From: Candidatus Levyibacteriota bacterium
Lineage (GTDB): Bacteria > Patescibacteriota > Microgenomatia > Levybacterales > UBA12049
DNA: 64,000 nucleotides
Assembly: GCA_027459745.1 (NCBI GenBank)
Contig: DAIDHL010000002.1
Coordinates: 191,310 to 255,309, forward strand
Direction of reading: 5' to 3'
Positions 26,948 to 36,920 of this stretch are shown here, piece by piece (the first letter of the stretch is position 1; each line of letters opens with the position of its first letter). A program made the position numbers and the translations under genes. Under the pieces are notes generated by a model. The model was not told the DNA's origin and made no database searches. It was given only the letters and a program-made list of their open reading frames with translations.

Positions 26948-28384
26948 TTACCTAATAACCCCCTTGGACAGGTAGATGAGCAGCCCGCCAAGTATAACAG
27001 GAATTAGCGCAATTATCATACTGGTTGTAGCAGAATCACTTCCAGTCACAGGTGTGCCTGTGAGGTGCGGAGTGTTTGTAATACTTGCTTGAGCAATAAC
27101 ATTGCTTGGGACAATGGTGGTAGTAGGAGTAAGGGTTGGTTTAAGGGTAGGGGTGGCTGTAGGCACAATAGTGGCCGTAGGAGTAGGACTAGTTGATGGA
27201 TTAGGAGTAGCAGATACTATGGTCGGCGAAATCGTTGGAGTATTCGTAATAGTTAGAGTTGGGGTTATAGTTGGTGATACTTCCACAGATGGAACCAAAA
27301 ATTGTCCGCCCGACGCATATACATAAAAGGTTGAAGACACAGTATGAGAGAGTCCTAAATTGTCTAATGCGGTAATTGTGATGGTATGTTGTCCAGGAGC
27401 CAAATTCGTAGAAGGAATATATTGCCAATTACCATATTTGTCTGTAGTTACGGAAGTAGAGATTGCATTAGAAGAATGAATAGATATAGTTACGTCTGTA
27501 CCAGGAGCAGCAGTTCCTGCAAAAGTTGGCTGTTGGTCGGCAAAAGCCTGACCTTGGGTGGGACTTGTTATGCTAACATTTTTCTGTACAGTTTTGCTAA
27601 AAGTGGTAGTTGGTAAACCAGAGGAGGAAGCAATATTTGTGCCAGTAGGGATAGTGGCGGAAAAGTCATAATTGTTGCCTAGGACGATGGTGGGCACTGT
27701 TTGGGTCAACCCATTAGGAATAGTAAGCGTGGTTTGTTGGCCGTCAGCTTGGACAAGTAGATAAATTTTAGCAAGAGAAAGGTTTAGATTGTTATTTGTT
27801 GAATTAAGGAAATTAGAACTATCTAAACTGTAACTACCATCATTTGCCACTAAGACAGATAAATCCTCTACTCCAGAAGCAGTAGCATAAACAATAGCTT
27901 CCTGATCTAAAGCTGCAGGAATTATAACTTTCCCCTTTAATTCTTGAGAAGATAGTTTATTTTCTGGAGGCGAAAGGGTCTTTATAGAATAAGGGTGTCC
28001 ACCATTCTCATATGTATTCCCGCCGGATAAGATATTAAAGAGGTAATTTGTATCTGGCTGTAGATTTTTTAATGTAAAGTAATGTAATTTATGGTTATTT
28101 GATGTGTTGGTATTATCACGATCATCAAAAACGACAGTGTTTGCTTGACCTGCTTGTTGATAAGAAATAGTTCCGCTAGTAGATTCTGTCGTTGTGTAGC
28201 TAATAGTAAAACTAGTAGAGCTTAAGTTAGTTATGCGTATGTTCTCAGGTTGTCCACTGCCTGACGCTTGGCTAAAAGGATTTACCTTGTTTTGCGTAAC
28301 AAAAGAGACAGTAAAAAAACCTAGTATTAATAAAAAGACTATAGATAGCCCTGGTATTCTTCTTTCTAAGAATGATTGTTTCAT
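26948..28384 (-). CDS. Surface protein: FN3-like and Ig-like domains, PT-rich stalk, LPXTG-like sorting signal
   Basis: N-terminal TM; ITNLS..SFTISY..L.P.T.Y; P.F.GT..PG...G.W...L..G.H; TPT repeats; TPVTG then a TM helix and short basic tail. Confidence 0.75.
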   Translation of the reverse strand: MKQSFLERRIPGLSIVFLLILGFFTVSFVTQNKVNPFSQASGSGQPENIRITNLSSTSFTISYTTTESTSGTISYQQAGQANTVVFDDRDNTNTSNNHKLHYFTLKNLQPDTNYLFNILSGGNTYENGGHPYSIKTLSPPENKLSSQELKGKVIIPAALDQEAIVYATASGVEDLSVLVANDGSYSLDSSNFLNSTNNNLNLSLAKIYLLVQADGQQTTLTIPNGLTQTVPTIVLGNNYDFSATIPTGTNIASSSGLPTTTFSKTVQKNVSITSPTQGQAFADQQPTFAGTAAPGTDVTISIHSSNAISTSVTTDKYGNWQYIPSTNLAPGQHTITITALDNLGLSHTVSSTFYVYASGGQFLVPSVEVSPTITPTLTITNTPTISPTIVSATPNPSTSPTPTATIVPTATPTLKPTLTPTTTIVPSNVIAQASITNTPHLTGTPVTGSDSATTSMIIALIPVILGGLLIYLSKGVIR

Positions 28385-28764
28385 GGTAATGGTCCTGATG
28401 GTGTTATAACGACTGGTGTTTGGGTAGGCGTCGGATTGGCTGAGGTGGTTGCATTATTTTCTACTGTGTTCAAATCTTTGAGAAGACTAGAAGAAGATGC
28501 TGAAATAGGAAGTGTCGCTGATAAGTTGGCGGAGATAGTGGCGGAAGGATTATTAATTGAATATATTGGGGTGACTTGTTTTCTGTTTTGTATCAGTCGT
28601 ATTACCGATTGATTAAAAGAGTCAGGAATGGGTTGTACAATTAATTGTAAATCAGGGTTAATAGTAGATGTAGAAAAGATATGATAAATGCTAGAAACAA
28701 TCCAGGCAATCACAAAAAAAAGAGTAGAGTAAAGTAGGAATATTATATTTTTTTGTATTTTCAT
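28381..28764 (-). CDS. Small single-TM protein downstream of pilO
   Basis: N-terminal TM, S/T/P-rich tail; 4-bp overlap with the next gene. Confidence 0.65.
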   Translation of the reverse strand: MKIQKNIIFLLYSTLFFVIAWIVSSIYHIFSTSTINPDLQLIVQPIPDSFNQSVIRLIQNRKQVTPIYSINNPSATISANLSATLPISASSSSLLKDLNTVENNATTSANPTPTQTPVVITPSGPLP

Positions 28765-28770
28765 AAGTAA

Positions 28771-29439
28771 TTAATTCTCTGAATATCCATATAATAATAC
28801 AGTTAAAGTTAGCGCGTTATCTGCAGGATTTTTAGATATTTCCAAAGAATGAATAGTCACAATCCTTTGTATTTGTACAATTTGACTTAGAAAATTCTGC
28901 ATATCTTGATAGCTTCCTTCAAAAGAGATAGACACAGCAAAAGTAGAAACATTGGCTGGTAGGTTCGATTCAGTACTATTCTTAACTGGTGAAATTGAAA
29001 GAGATTTTTGTACGAGGTTGTTAGCCTGACCTGTCGCTTGGATATCAGCTGCTAAGCCTTCTATCTCTGATGACTTGGGAATAGCATAGAATATCTCATT
29101 AAACACAGGCTGTGTCAGTAAATTTGTATATTGAGTTTGTAAGGAATGTAGAGCAGCTTTTTTTGTTTGTAATTGTTGAAATATTTGTTCTGCGTCACTA
29201 AGCTGTTTTTGTAAATCTACGACAGTCGATAAGGTGGGATAAATCGCAAAGATTGCTGCTAAAATTAAAGCTGACAGAGTCAAAAGAGTTTCTAAATAAT
29301 CTTGTGTTTTTTTCTTGCGTAAATCGGGCAAAATATGGATAGTAGAGAGGTACCTCCTTCTGTGAATAGATTCAAGGTTTTTCTCGTGTTGTGTCTTAGA
29401 TTTATCTGTGTCTGGATTTATTGGCTTTATATCTGGCAT
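28771..29439 (-). CDS. pilO: Type IV pilus assembly protein PilO-like
   Basis: TM plus coiled coil, AIP motif, GSYQDMQNFLSQIVQIQRIVTI ferredoxin-like pattern. Confidence 0.8.
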   Translation of the reverse strand: MPDIKPINPDTDKSKTQHEKNLESIHRRRYLSTIHILPDLRKKKTQDYLETLLTLSALILAAIFAIYPTLSTVVDLQKQLSDAEQIFQQLQTKKAALHSLQTQYTNLLTQPVFNEIFYAIPKSSEIEGLAADIQATGQANNLVQKSLSISPVKNSTESNLPANVSTFAVSISFEGSYQDMQNFLSQIVQIQRIVTIHSLEISKNPADNALTLTVLLYGYSEN

Positions 29440-29447
29440 ATTAATTT

Positions 29448-29969
29448 TTAGTTTGTTGATATATTTAAAATCGCACTTACCTGTCCAGTTGAAATTTTGT
29501 TCTGAATATTTTCGATATTTATATCTGTAACATATCTAAGCTGTTTAATACTTGTAACAAAAGCATTAAGCTGCCCAATTGAATTGGTTGAAATAACAGC
29601 CAATTCTGATTTGTCAGAGATAGAAATATCAGTAAATGTAATGTTACCTTTTGCTACATCAATCAAGTCTTTTAATCGAGTTATACCGGTAGAAGAAGTA
29701 TTGCTTATTTGCCCAATAAGTTGAAGTCTTGCCTGCAAGTTGCGAAATAGAGTTTCAGAGTCAGACATTGCTTTAACAATAATCTTATCGTTTTGTATTT
29801 GATCGTGTAAGTTAGTAAGCCTGTAATCAACAGTAAATCTATACAAAAATGCAACTAATGCTACAGAATATGTAAGCATGATAACCATACGCCCATATGT
29901 GAGCGTCCATTGTACTATGCGGTCTATAACATTACTTTGTTGTTCTTGAAAGAAATTTATTGAACTCAT
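29448..29969 (-). CDS. pilN: Type IV pilus assembly protein PilN-like
   Basis: SINF N-terminal motif, TM, coiled coil, beta-alpha-beta tail; directly upstream of pilO. Confidence 0.65.
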   Translation of the reverse strand: MSSINFFQEQQSNVIDRIVQWTLTYGRMVIMLTYSVALVAFLYRFTVDYRLTNLHDQIQNDKIIVKAMSDSETLFRNLQARLQLIGQISNTSSTGITRLKDLIDVAKGNITFTDISISDKSELAVISTNSIGQLNAFVTSIKQLRYVTDINIENIQNKISTGQVSAILNISTN

Positions 29970-29982
29970 ATGGTATTAATTT

Positions 29983-30011
29983 AGTCTAGGAAGTTTGGGT
30001 GAGTTTGTCAA
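29983..30011 (-). promoter_or_regulatory. Sigma70 promoter for the pilN operon
   Basis: Minus strand TTGACA-17-TAGACT. Confidence 0.6.
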
Positions 30012-30148
30012 AGCTCAAAGCGTGTTTAGAGAAATAAAAATCTTGCTAACAATAGGCGTCTGGGCTGTATAGCGTAGCTATTAGAAATATGATATACTAT
30101 TTATGTCAAAAGATAGATAAATCATAAATCTGACTTTTGGCGTTTTTT

Positions 30149-32257
30149 ATGGCAGATGACAAATCACGTATCTATCCTTTAGACAAAATTCGCAACATTG
30201 GCATTATTGCTCATATTGACGCGGGTAAAACTACCACTACTGAACGCATTCTTTTTTATACAGGAAAATCTTACAAAATTGGAGATATTGACGAAGGTAA
30301 TACCCAAATGGATTGGATGGAACAAGAAAAAGAACGTGGAATTACAATTGTGTCTGCTGCCACGACTACTTTTTGGAAAGGCAATCGTATTAATATCATT
30401 GATACTCCTGGTCACGTAGATTTTACGGCTGAAGTCGAACGCTCGTTGCGTGTGTTAGATGGGGGCATTACTGTTTTAGACGCAGAAGAAGGCGTACAAT
30501 CTCAATCTGAAACAGTGTGGCGTCAAGCGGATAAATATAAAGTTCCACGTATTTGTTTTGTAAATAAAATGGACAAGTTAGGAGCAGACTTTTTAGCTAC
30601 AGTTAAAAGCATAGAAGTACGTTTGGGTGCCAATCCAGCTATTATGGTTTTACCAATTGGTGCAGAAAGTACATATGTGGGTAATATTGATTTATTAACA
30701 CGTCAAGCAATTGTTTGGAATTCTGAAGATTTAGGAGCCAAGTTTGATGTTTCTGACAACATCCCAGAAGACATGAAAGCCCAAGTTGAAGAATATAGAG
30801 CGAAATTAATTGAAAAAATATCTGAAACTGATGATGCATTACTTGAGAAATATTTAGCCGGTGAAGAACCTTCCATTGAAGAATTAAAAATTGCTTTGCG
30901 TAAAGCGGTTATCGCTTATAAACTAGTGCCAATTTATGCTGGTACCAGCTTGCGTAATAAAGGGGTACAACCGTTGTTAGATGCTGTTATTGATTATCTT
31001 CCATCGCCTCAAGATTTGGACCATGTTACAGGTATTAATCCCAAGACTAACGAGCCAGAAACTCGCCAATTAGTTCCAGATGAATCATTAGCTGGCTTGG
31101 CTTTCAAAATTCAAAATGATCCACATGTCGGTAAATTGACTTATTTCCGTGTTTATTCGGGTAAAATTGTGGCTGGTTCTTATATCTACAACACTACTAA
31201 AAATGTCCGAGAGCGCGTTGGCCGTTTATTATTAATGCATGCTAATCAACGTGAAGAAATCAAAGAAGCTTATGCTGGAGAAATCGTCGGTATTGTGGGT
31301 CTTAAGGATACTATTACGGGAGACACCTTATGTGATGAAGAGCATCCAATCGTTTTAGAAAAAATTACCTTCCCAGAACCAGTTATTTCTTTGGCTATTG
31401 AGCCTAAAACTAAATCAGATCAAGAAAAACTTGGCTATGCCTTGAAACATTTAATGGATGAAGATCCAACCTTTAGAGTAAAAACTAACCATGAAACAGG
31501 TCAAACCATTATTTCCGGTATTGGTGAATTGCAGTTGGAAGTTATGGTTGATCGCATGAAGCGTGAATTTAATGTGTTGGCCAATGTTGGTGCCCCACAA
31601 GTAGCTTATAAAGAAACAGTCGAAAAAGAAGGTCAAGCTGAAGGCAAGTATATTCGCCAGTCAGGTGGACGTGGACAATATGGACATTGTTATCTGAGAG
31701 TGGAACCAAAACCTCGTGGTGAAGGTTATGAATTCGTCGATGCCATCAAAGGTGGAGCTATTCCTGCAGAATTCGTGACAGCTGTTGAAAAAGGTGTTAA
31801 AGAGTCTTTAGACACAGGTGTCTTGCTTGGCTATCCTTTAGTAGATTTGAAGGTAACCTGTTATGACGGATCTTTTCACGAAGTTGATTCGAATGAAATG
31901 GCCTTTAAGATCGCTGCATCGATGGCTTTGCGTGAAGCATGCAAAAAGGCCAACTTGATGTTGCTTGAGCCTATTATGAAAGTTGAAGTAACTACCCCCT
32001 CTGAATTTATGGGAGATATTATCGGTGACCTTTCTTCAAAAAGAGCACAAATCATGGGCACGGAAGAACACAACCGTGCAACTATTGTGAATGCGACTGT
32101 ACCATTGTCTGAATTATCAGGGTATGCTACTCAATTACGTAGTATGTCTCAGGGACGTGCATCTTATTACATGGAGCCAAGTCACTATGAACAGGTTCCC
32201 AACAATTTAGTTCAACAAATGTTGGCTAAATCCACTTTCACCGGTAGAGTAGAGTAA
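30149..32257 (+). CDS. fusA: Elongation factor G
   Basis: [34 protein letters not shown]; ATG at 30149. Confidence 0.98.
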   Translation: MADDKSRIYPLDKIRNIGIIAHIDAGKTTTTERILFYTGKSYKIGDIDEGNTQMDWMEQEKERGITIVSAATTTFWKGNRINIIDTPGHVDFTAEVERSLRVLDGGITVLDAEEGVQSQSETVWRQADKYKVPRICFVNKMDKLGADFLATVKSIEVRLGANPAIMVLPIGAESTYVGNIDLLTRQAIVWNSEDLGAKFDVSDNIPEDMKAQVEEYRAKLIEKISETDDALLEKYLAGEEPSIEELKIALRKAVIAYKLVPIYAGTSLRNKGVQPLLDAVIDYLPSPQDLDHVTGINPKTNEPETRQLVPDESLAGLAFKIQNDPHVGKLTYFRVYSGKIVAGSYIYNTTKNVRERVGRLLLMHANQREEIKEAYAGEIVGIVGLKDTITGDTLCDEEHPIVLEKITFPEPVISLAIEPKTKSDQEKLGYALKHLMDEDPTFRVKTNHETGQTIISGIGELQLEVMVDRMKREFNVLANVGAPQVAYKETVEKEGQAEGKYIRQSGGRGQYGHCYLRVEPKPRGEGYEFVDAIKGGAIPAEFVTAVEKGVKESLDTGVLLGYPLVDLKVTCYDGSFHEVDSNEMAFKIAASMALREACKKANLMLLEPIMKVEVTTPSEFMGDIIGDLSSKRAQIMGTEEHNRATIVNATVPLSELSGYATQLRSMSQGRASYYMEPSHYEQVPNNLVQQMLAKSTFTGRVE

Positions 32258-32294
32258 TTGACAAATACCCAACTTCAGCTATACACTTAAAACA

Positions 32295-32801
32295 ATGAGT
32301 ACATTGAATCCACCTACATATAGATATATCTTCTTCAAGAACATGATTTTATACGTTGTGATGGCTTGTATCATTTGGGGAATTTATATCTTAGCTTTTA
32401 GCACTAGTAGACAAGGAACCTCTACTAGTGACTTATTGCTTTCTGGGGGTATTTTTGGTGGTATAGGTTTAGCTATTATTTTGATTGGTTTGCTTTGGAG
32501 TTGGTTATATGTAGTTTTACTTGCTAAAAATTACTCTTATGACTTACAAGACAATGCTTTAATTATTCGTAAAGGCCTTCTATCTGTATCAACGATATCG
32601 ATACCATTTGCAAGAATTATTAATGCCACCTATAGCCAATCTATTTTTCAGCGCATATTTGCCGTTGGTACAATAAAAATCGATCAAGAGGATACATCAT
32701 ATTCTTGGAATGACATTGATATGCAAAGTTCAGATAAAATCATGAATGCAGTTTCGCATAAGAGCAATATTCAACCTATCTCCACCAATATTAAAAAGTA
32801 A
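32295..32801 (+). CDS. Bacterial PH-domain (bPH_2, YdbS-like) membrane protein
   Basis: Two TM helices then Y.L....L.IRKG......IP..RI......QSIFQRIF.VG.I.I. Confidence 0.8.
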   Translation: MSTLNPPTYRYIFFKNMILYVVMACIIWGIYILAFSTSRQGTSTSDLLLSGGIFGGIGLAIILIGLLWSWLYVVLLAKNYSYDLQDNALIIRKGLLSVSTISIPFARIINATYSQSIFQRIFAVGTIKIDQEDTSYSWNDIDMQSSDKIMNAVSHKSNIQPISTNIKK

Positions 32802-32820
32802 ACTTCTCTTTAAAAATAAT

Positions 32821-33411
32821 TTATAGTCTTTTATATGCAGCTATTATTCTTTGTACAAAAGTGAAAGCAGAGAGAAGAATTAGCATAACAAATACTGCTT
32901 CAAGCAAATTTAAGTTTAAAACTTTAAAATTAGGCCAGAGTATATAAGCAATGAGTGAAAAAAAGATGATAGCCAAGCGTTCGGTTCTTTCTATTAATCC
33001 AACAGCAAACACTTGTTTGGCTCCGCTAGCTAGTTCTGCTCGTGATCGGGAATAACTGACTAGATAAGAAATGGCAATTAAGAATACACAAATTTGCCAG
33101 CTTACAATATTGGCAAAAGCAAAGCTCATAATCAGGAAAAAATCAGCGATTCTATCAAATGTTGAATCCATAAAGCCGCCAAAGGCAGTCTTTTTATTAA
33201 ATCTTTTGGCTACTGCACCATCCAAAGTATCAAAAGCGTTGCCCAGAAATGCCACTAAAGCCCAGCCATACTGATGATTTAAAATTAAAATAAAGAACAG
33301 AATTGATGGTACAATACCAATGAGAGTTAAGAGGTTGGGAGAAACTGAGGCAAGAGGAGAGACAAGTTTTTGGGTAGTTTTATCGATGGTTGGTTTAAAA
33401 ATTGATAACAT
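32821..33411 (-). CDS. CDP-alcohol phosphatidyltransferase, PIP/AIP-synthase (PgsA)-like
   Basis: SPN.LT, DTLDGAVAK...GGFMDSTFDR.AD, SY.RSRAE, VGLIERTER. Confidence 0.9.
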   Translation of the reverse strand: MLSIFKPTIDKTTQKLVSPLASVSPNLLTLIGIVPSILFFILILNHQYGWALVAFLGNAFDTLDGAVAKRFNKKTAFGGFMDSTFDRIADFFLIMSFAFANIVSWQICVFLIAISYLVSYSRSRAELASGAKQVFAVGLIERTERLAIIFFSLIAYILWPNFKVLNLNLLEAVFVMLILLSAFTFVQRIIAAYKRL

Positions 33412-33421
33412 AAAAATATTA

Positions 33422-33494
33422 GTTGTTTTAGCGACAAAGTAGATCTTGATGGGGTCCTTCGACTCCTTCGTAAACTCGGTCGCTCAGGATGACA
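33422..33494. repeat. GTCAT..ATGAC-type palindromic element, degenerate copy
   Basis: GTTGTTTTAGCGAC ... GTCGCTCAGGATGACA; arms pair using G:U. Confidence 0.6.
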
Positions 33495-33542
33495 AAAAGA
33501 ATTTAAAGATTATAATTCTTTCTGTCAATTGCTTATGCTTAT

Positions 33543-34232
33543 ATGAATACTATAAAGATAGATCTGCATACTCATTCTATTTTATCACCTGACGGTGGTT
33601 TAAGCGAGAATGACTATCAGAGCTTATTAAATAAAGGAATATTGGATTATATTGCCATAACTGATCACAATCGGATCGATTTCGCACAAAAAATGCACAC
33701 ACTTTTAGGTGATAAAATAATTGTCGGTGAAGAGATTAGCACAAGTGATGGGGAAATAATTGGTTTATTTTTAAATAAATCAATCGACAAAGGTTTAACT
33801 ACGTTTCAAACTATACAACAAATAAAAAAACAACAGGGATTAGTTTGTATACCACACCCATTTGAAACTATGCGTAAGGGTTTGCCGGAAAAAATCTTAA
33901 AGGAAATAATTAAAGAGGTGGATTTAATGGAAGTATTTAATGGACGTAGCTTGCAACCCGCGACGCGTAAATTGGCATTAGAGTTTATTGATAAATACAA
34001 TAAAGTCGGAGTTGCTAATAGTGATGCACATTGTAGAGTGGGAATTGGTAAAACATATAATTCAATTGATAAAAAACCGCTTAAACAAACGTTGGTAAGC
34101 TTATTAAAACAAGGAAACAGGCATGAAATAGCTTCTCCTTGGCTGGCTTATTTATGTCCCAAAGTTAATAGATTTAGAAATGTCATTCTGAACGTGTTTC
34201 AGAATCTTAATTTAAAAGAAATGCTGAAATGA
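33543..34232 (+). CDS. PHP-domain metal-dependent phosphoesterase
   Basis: DLHTHS..D, ITDHN, GEE, HPF, EVFNGR, SDAH. Confidence 0.92.
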   Translation: MNTIKIDLHTHSILSPDGGLSENDYQSLLNKGILDYIAITDHNRIDFAQKMHTLLGDKIIVGEEISTSDGEIIGLFLNKSIDKGLTTFQTIQQIKKQQGLVCIPHPFETMRKGLPEKILKEIIKEVDLMEVFNGRSLQPATRKLALEFIDKYNKVGVANSDAHCRVGIGKTYNSIDKKPLKQTLVSLLKQGNRHEIASPWLAYLCPKVNRFRNVILNVFQNLNLKEMLK

Positions 34233-34245
34233 ATTCAGTATGACA
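34181..34245. repeat. GTCAT..ATGAC-type palindromic element overlapping the PHP gene 3' end
   Basis: TGTCATTCTGAACGTGTTTCAGAATCT ... ATGCTGAAATGAATTCAGTATGACA; each arm is itself a hairpin. Confidence 0.75.
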
Positions 34246-34259
34246 GTTTGGTTTATTTT

Positions 34260-35168
34260 ATGAAAAAAGTTATTTACTTACTCAATCCAAAATCTAGTGA
34301 TGGGAGAGCGCTAGAATCTTGGCAAAAAGCCAGAGAAAAATTTCATGGGTTGCCAGAACATCCCCATTTAATTACAGAAATCGCAAATGTGCAAGACTTT
34401 ATCGAAAAAGAAAGACCAGACATTATTGCCATAGGTGGTGGAGATGGCACTATCAATAAGGTTTGTCAGGCTGTTTTATCCTCTAAAACCAAACCATGTT
34501 TATCTATTTTACCTCTAGGGACGGGTAACGCACTATCGTTCTGCCTGGGAGTAGAAACGTTGGAAAAGGCAATATTTGTGTTGGAAAAACAACCCAAATC
34601 TATAACCATCGATATTATGCATACTAATATTCCGGAATTTCCATTAGGAGTATTCAATATTAGTGTCGGATTTGATGCACGTATAGTATTTAATAGGGTA
34701 AATTATCGTTATATTGGTTTGAAATCATATATTTTTTCTGGCATCAGGAGTTTTTTTGGCCACCCAGAACGTGAAATTACATTTACTATTGATAAAAAAG
34801 TGACTTTAAAAGCTACGGCTAGTTCCTTGGTGGTAGCCAATTCACCGGTTTTAGGACAAAATCTTCTAATTTCTCCGCGGGCTAGGCTAAATGATGGTTT
34901 GTTAGATTGTACGTTATTTTCCACTAAATATGCCTATATGCAGAATCTGCGCTTGCGTGGTTTTAAGCATCCCTTTTATACGGAATTGGGTAAAGTGCAT
35001 TTCAAAGCGTCACATCTTTCTATTCAAGGTGAGCCCTATGTACAAATTGATGGAGATCCGGTGGTTAGGCAGGAAGGAATTGAAGTGTCGGTTCTGCCAA
35101 GTAAAATTACTTTTTTGCGTAACTTTGATGATCATATAGAGCAGAATTATAAGTCGTTTGTAGTATAG
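34260..35168 (+). CDS. Diacylglycerol/lipid kinase family (DgkB/YegS-like)
   Basis: NPKS, GGDGT, LPLGTGN, GFDA, NDGLLD, QIDGD; ATG at 34260. Confidence 0.92.
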   Translation: MKKVIYLLNPKSSDGRALESWQKAREKFHGLPEHPHLITEIANVQDFIEKERPDIIAIGGGDGTINKVCQAVLSSKTKPCLSILPLGTGNALSFCLGVETLEKAIFVLEKQPKSITIDIMHTNIPEFPLGVFNISVGFDARIVFNRVNYRYIGLKSYIFSGIRSFFGHPEREITFTIDKKVTLKATASSLVVANSPVLGQNLLISPRARLNDGLLDCTLFSTKYAYMQNLRLRGFKHPFYTELGKVHFKASHLSIQGEPYVQIDGDPVVRQEGIEVSVLPSKITFLRNFDDHIEQNYKSFVV

Positions 35169-35259
35169 TTAGTAGGAAGGTCGAGTCATGACCTAAGTGG
35201 AAATTAGAAATTTTGTTCCGGCTCGCTTGAACTAGGTTAAGGATTATTAATACGAATCT

Positions 35260-35787
35260 ATGAATTATTTAATTTATGCTTTTTTGTTTTTTCTACCAGC
35301 TGGGATTGCCAATATGGCGCCGGTGTTAGTTAGTAAAATGCCGGGTTTGCGAGACTGGAATTACCCACTGGACAATTACACAAAGTTTAACGGTAAGCGA
35401 TTATTAGGTGATCATAAAACCTGGCGGGGATTATTGTCAGGAGTGATAGTGGGAATGTTAGTTGCCTGGGTGGAGGTAAGGATAATTGGGGGCATCGGGG
35501 TATTTAGGGAAGTAAATCCATTAGTTTTGGGAGGTTTGATGGGTTTGGGGGCATTGGTGGGAGATAGTGTCAAGAGTTTTTTCAAACGACAGCTGGGAAT
35601 TAAGTCGGGCCAAAGCTGGTTTCCTTTTGATCAAATAGATTATATAATAGGCGGAATTATATTTATTTTGCCGATTATTGTTTTATCCTGGCATATTTAT
35701 TTAACGATTTTTATTATCTATTTTTTACTGCATCTTCTGGTTTCTTTCCTTGGTTATCTTTTAAAGTTTAAATCGTCGCCTATCTAG
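35260..35787 (+). CDS. carS: CDP-archaeol synthase family (CarS/DUF46) cytidylyltransferase
   Basis: P..IANMAPV, PLD, G.RLLGDHKTWRG, GAL.GD..KSFFKR.LG...G...P.DQ.D. Confidence 0.85.
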   Translation: MNYLIYAFLFFLPAGIANMAPVLVSKMPGLRDWNYPLDNYTKFNGKRLLGDHKTWRGLLSGVIVGMLVAWVEVRIIGGIGVFREVNPLVLGGLMGLGALVGDSVKSFFKRQLGIKSGQSWFPFDQIDYIIGGIIFILPIIVLSWHIYLTIFIIYFLLHLLVSFLGYLLKFKSSPI

Positions 35788-35817
35788 TCAATCAGTTATT
35801 GCTGCTATAATGTGAGG

Positions 35818-36897
35818 ATGAAACATTTTGCCGTTATATGGTTTTTGATTGTCATAGCGGCATTAATTGCTTGGCGCATGTTGAGTACACCTATAACCTC
35901 ACCCATACTTAGAGAGGTTACTGACACCCCTACTCCGGCTATACGTGTAGCAAAATATAATCAGTACACTATATTCGTTCCTTATTGGAGTATATCTAAC
36001 TCATCTTCTAAGATTGATCCAAAATATTCAGAGGTTGTTTATTTTGGACTTGCAGCTGATTCATCAGGAGTTGAGAAATCAGAAGATGGATACCTAAACA
36101 TCGCTGAATTTAACGCCATGGTTAATCCTAATCAGCAAAAAATATTAGCATTACGCATGCTAGATAGCAACGAAAATAGTAAAATACTAGCCAATACACT
36201 AGAACAGAAGCATCTTATTAGTCAAACTATTAGTATTGCAAAAGAAAATGGATTTAAAGGTGTGATGCTGGATTTAGAATTACAAGCTCTACCTTTTAGC
36301 TCGATAGTGAATCAAATAGATAAATTTTATGATATATTCTATCAGCAAACAAAACAGAATAATTTAAATTTTTCTACTACGATGTATGGAGATTTATTCT
36401 ATCGCCCAAGGCCGTTTGATTTAACATATCTGACGAAAGATGTTGATAAAGTGTACATTATGGCTTATGACCTACACAAGGCTAGTGGTCAGCCGGGTCC
36501 TAATTTCCCTTTACAAACAGTAAGTAATGATAGGAGTGATTATAATTTAGAAAAAATGATTAGCGATTATGAGCTAGTAGTACCTACAAACAAACTAGTG
36601 GTAGTTTTTGGTATGTTTGGTTACGACTGGACAGTAGACCCCAAAGGGCAGACTGTTGGAAGTGGAACCGCTTTGAGTGATTTACAAATTCAACAGCAGT
36701 TTTTGAGCCATTGTTATAAATTAAATTGTCTTATCTCTAGAGATAGTAATTCTCAAGAAACAGTAATTCATTTTACTGACAATAACCAAGATCATGTTCT
36801 ATGGTTTGAGGATAAAGTATCTTCTGATGCAAAGATGATTTATTTACATCAAAAAGGCATAGCTAATTTTGGGTACTGGGCCTTCTCTTATTTTTAG
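35818..36897 (+). CDS. Membrane-anchored glycoside hydrolase family 18 protein
   Basis: GFKGVMLDLE, IMAYDLH, GP..P, KL..FG..GYDW, LWFED, G.W; ATG 35818 preferred because TATAAT ends at 35811. Confidence 0.8.
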   Translation: MKHFAVIWFLIVIAALIAWRMLSTPITSPILREVTDTPTPAIRVAKYNQYTIFVPYWSISNSSSKIDPKYSEVVYFGLAADSSGVEKSEDGYLNIAEFNAMVNPNQQKILALRMLDSNENSKILANTLEQKHLISQTISIAKENGFKGVMLDLELQALPFSSIVNQIDKFYDIFYQQTKQNNLNFSTTMYGDLFYRPRPFDLTYLTKDVDKVYIMAYDLHKASGQPGPNFPLQTVSNDRSDYNLEKMISDYELVVPTNKLVVVFGMFGYDWTVDPKGQTVGSGTALSDLQIQQQFLSHCYKLNCLISRDSNSQETVIHFTDNNQDHVLWFEDKVSSDAKMIYLHQKGIANFGYWAFSYF

Positions 36898-36920
36898 ACT
36901 ATTACTTAACTCTTATGTTT

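Noticed and set aside
27110-27280. Periodic GT-rich tract
   Set aside because: Explained by Pro-Thr linker codons on the minus strand
35175-35240. AGGTC-GAGTCAT-GACCT mini-hairpin between the kinase and carS genes
   Set aside because: A 5-bp stem with no clear second copy in the window
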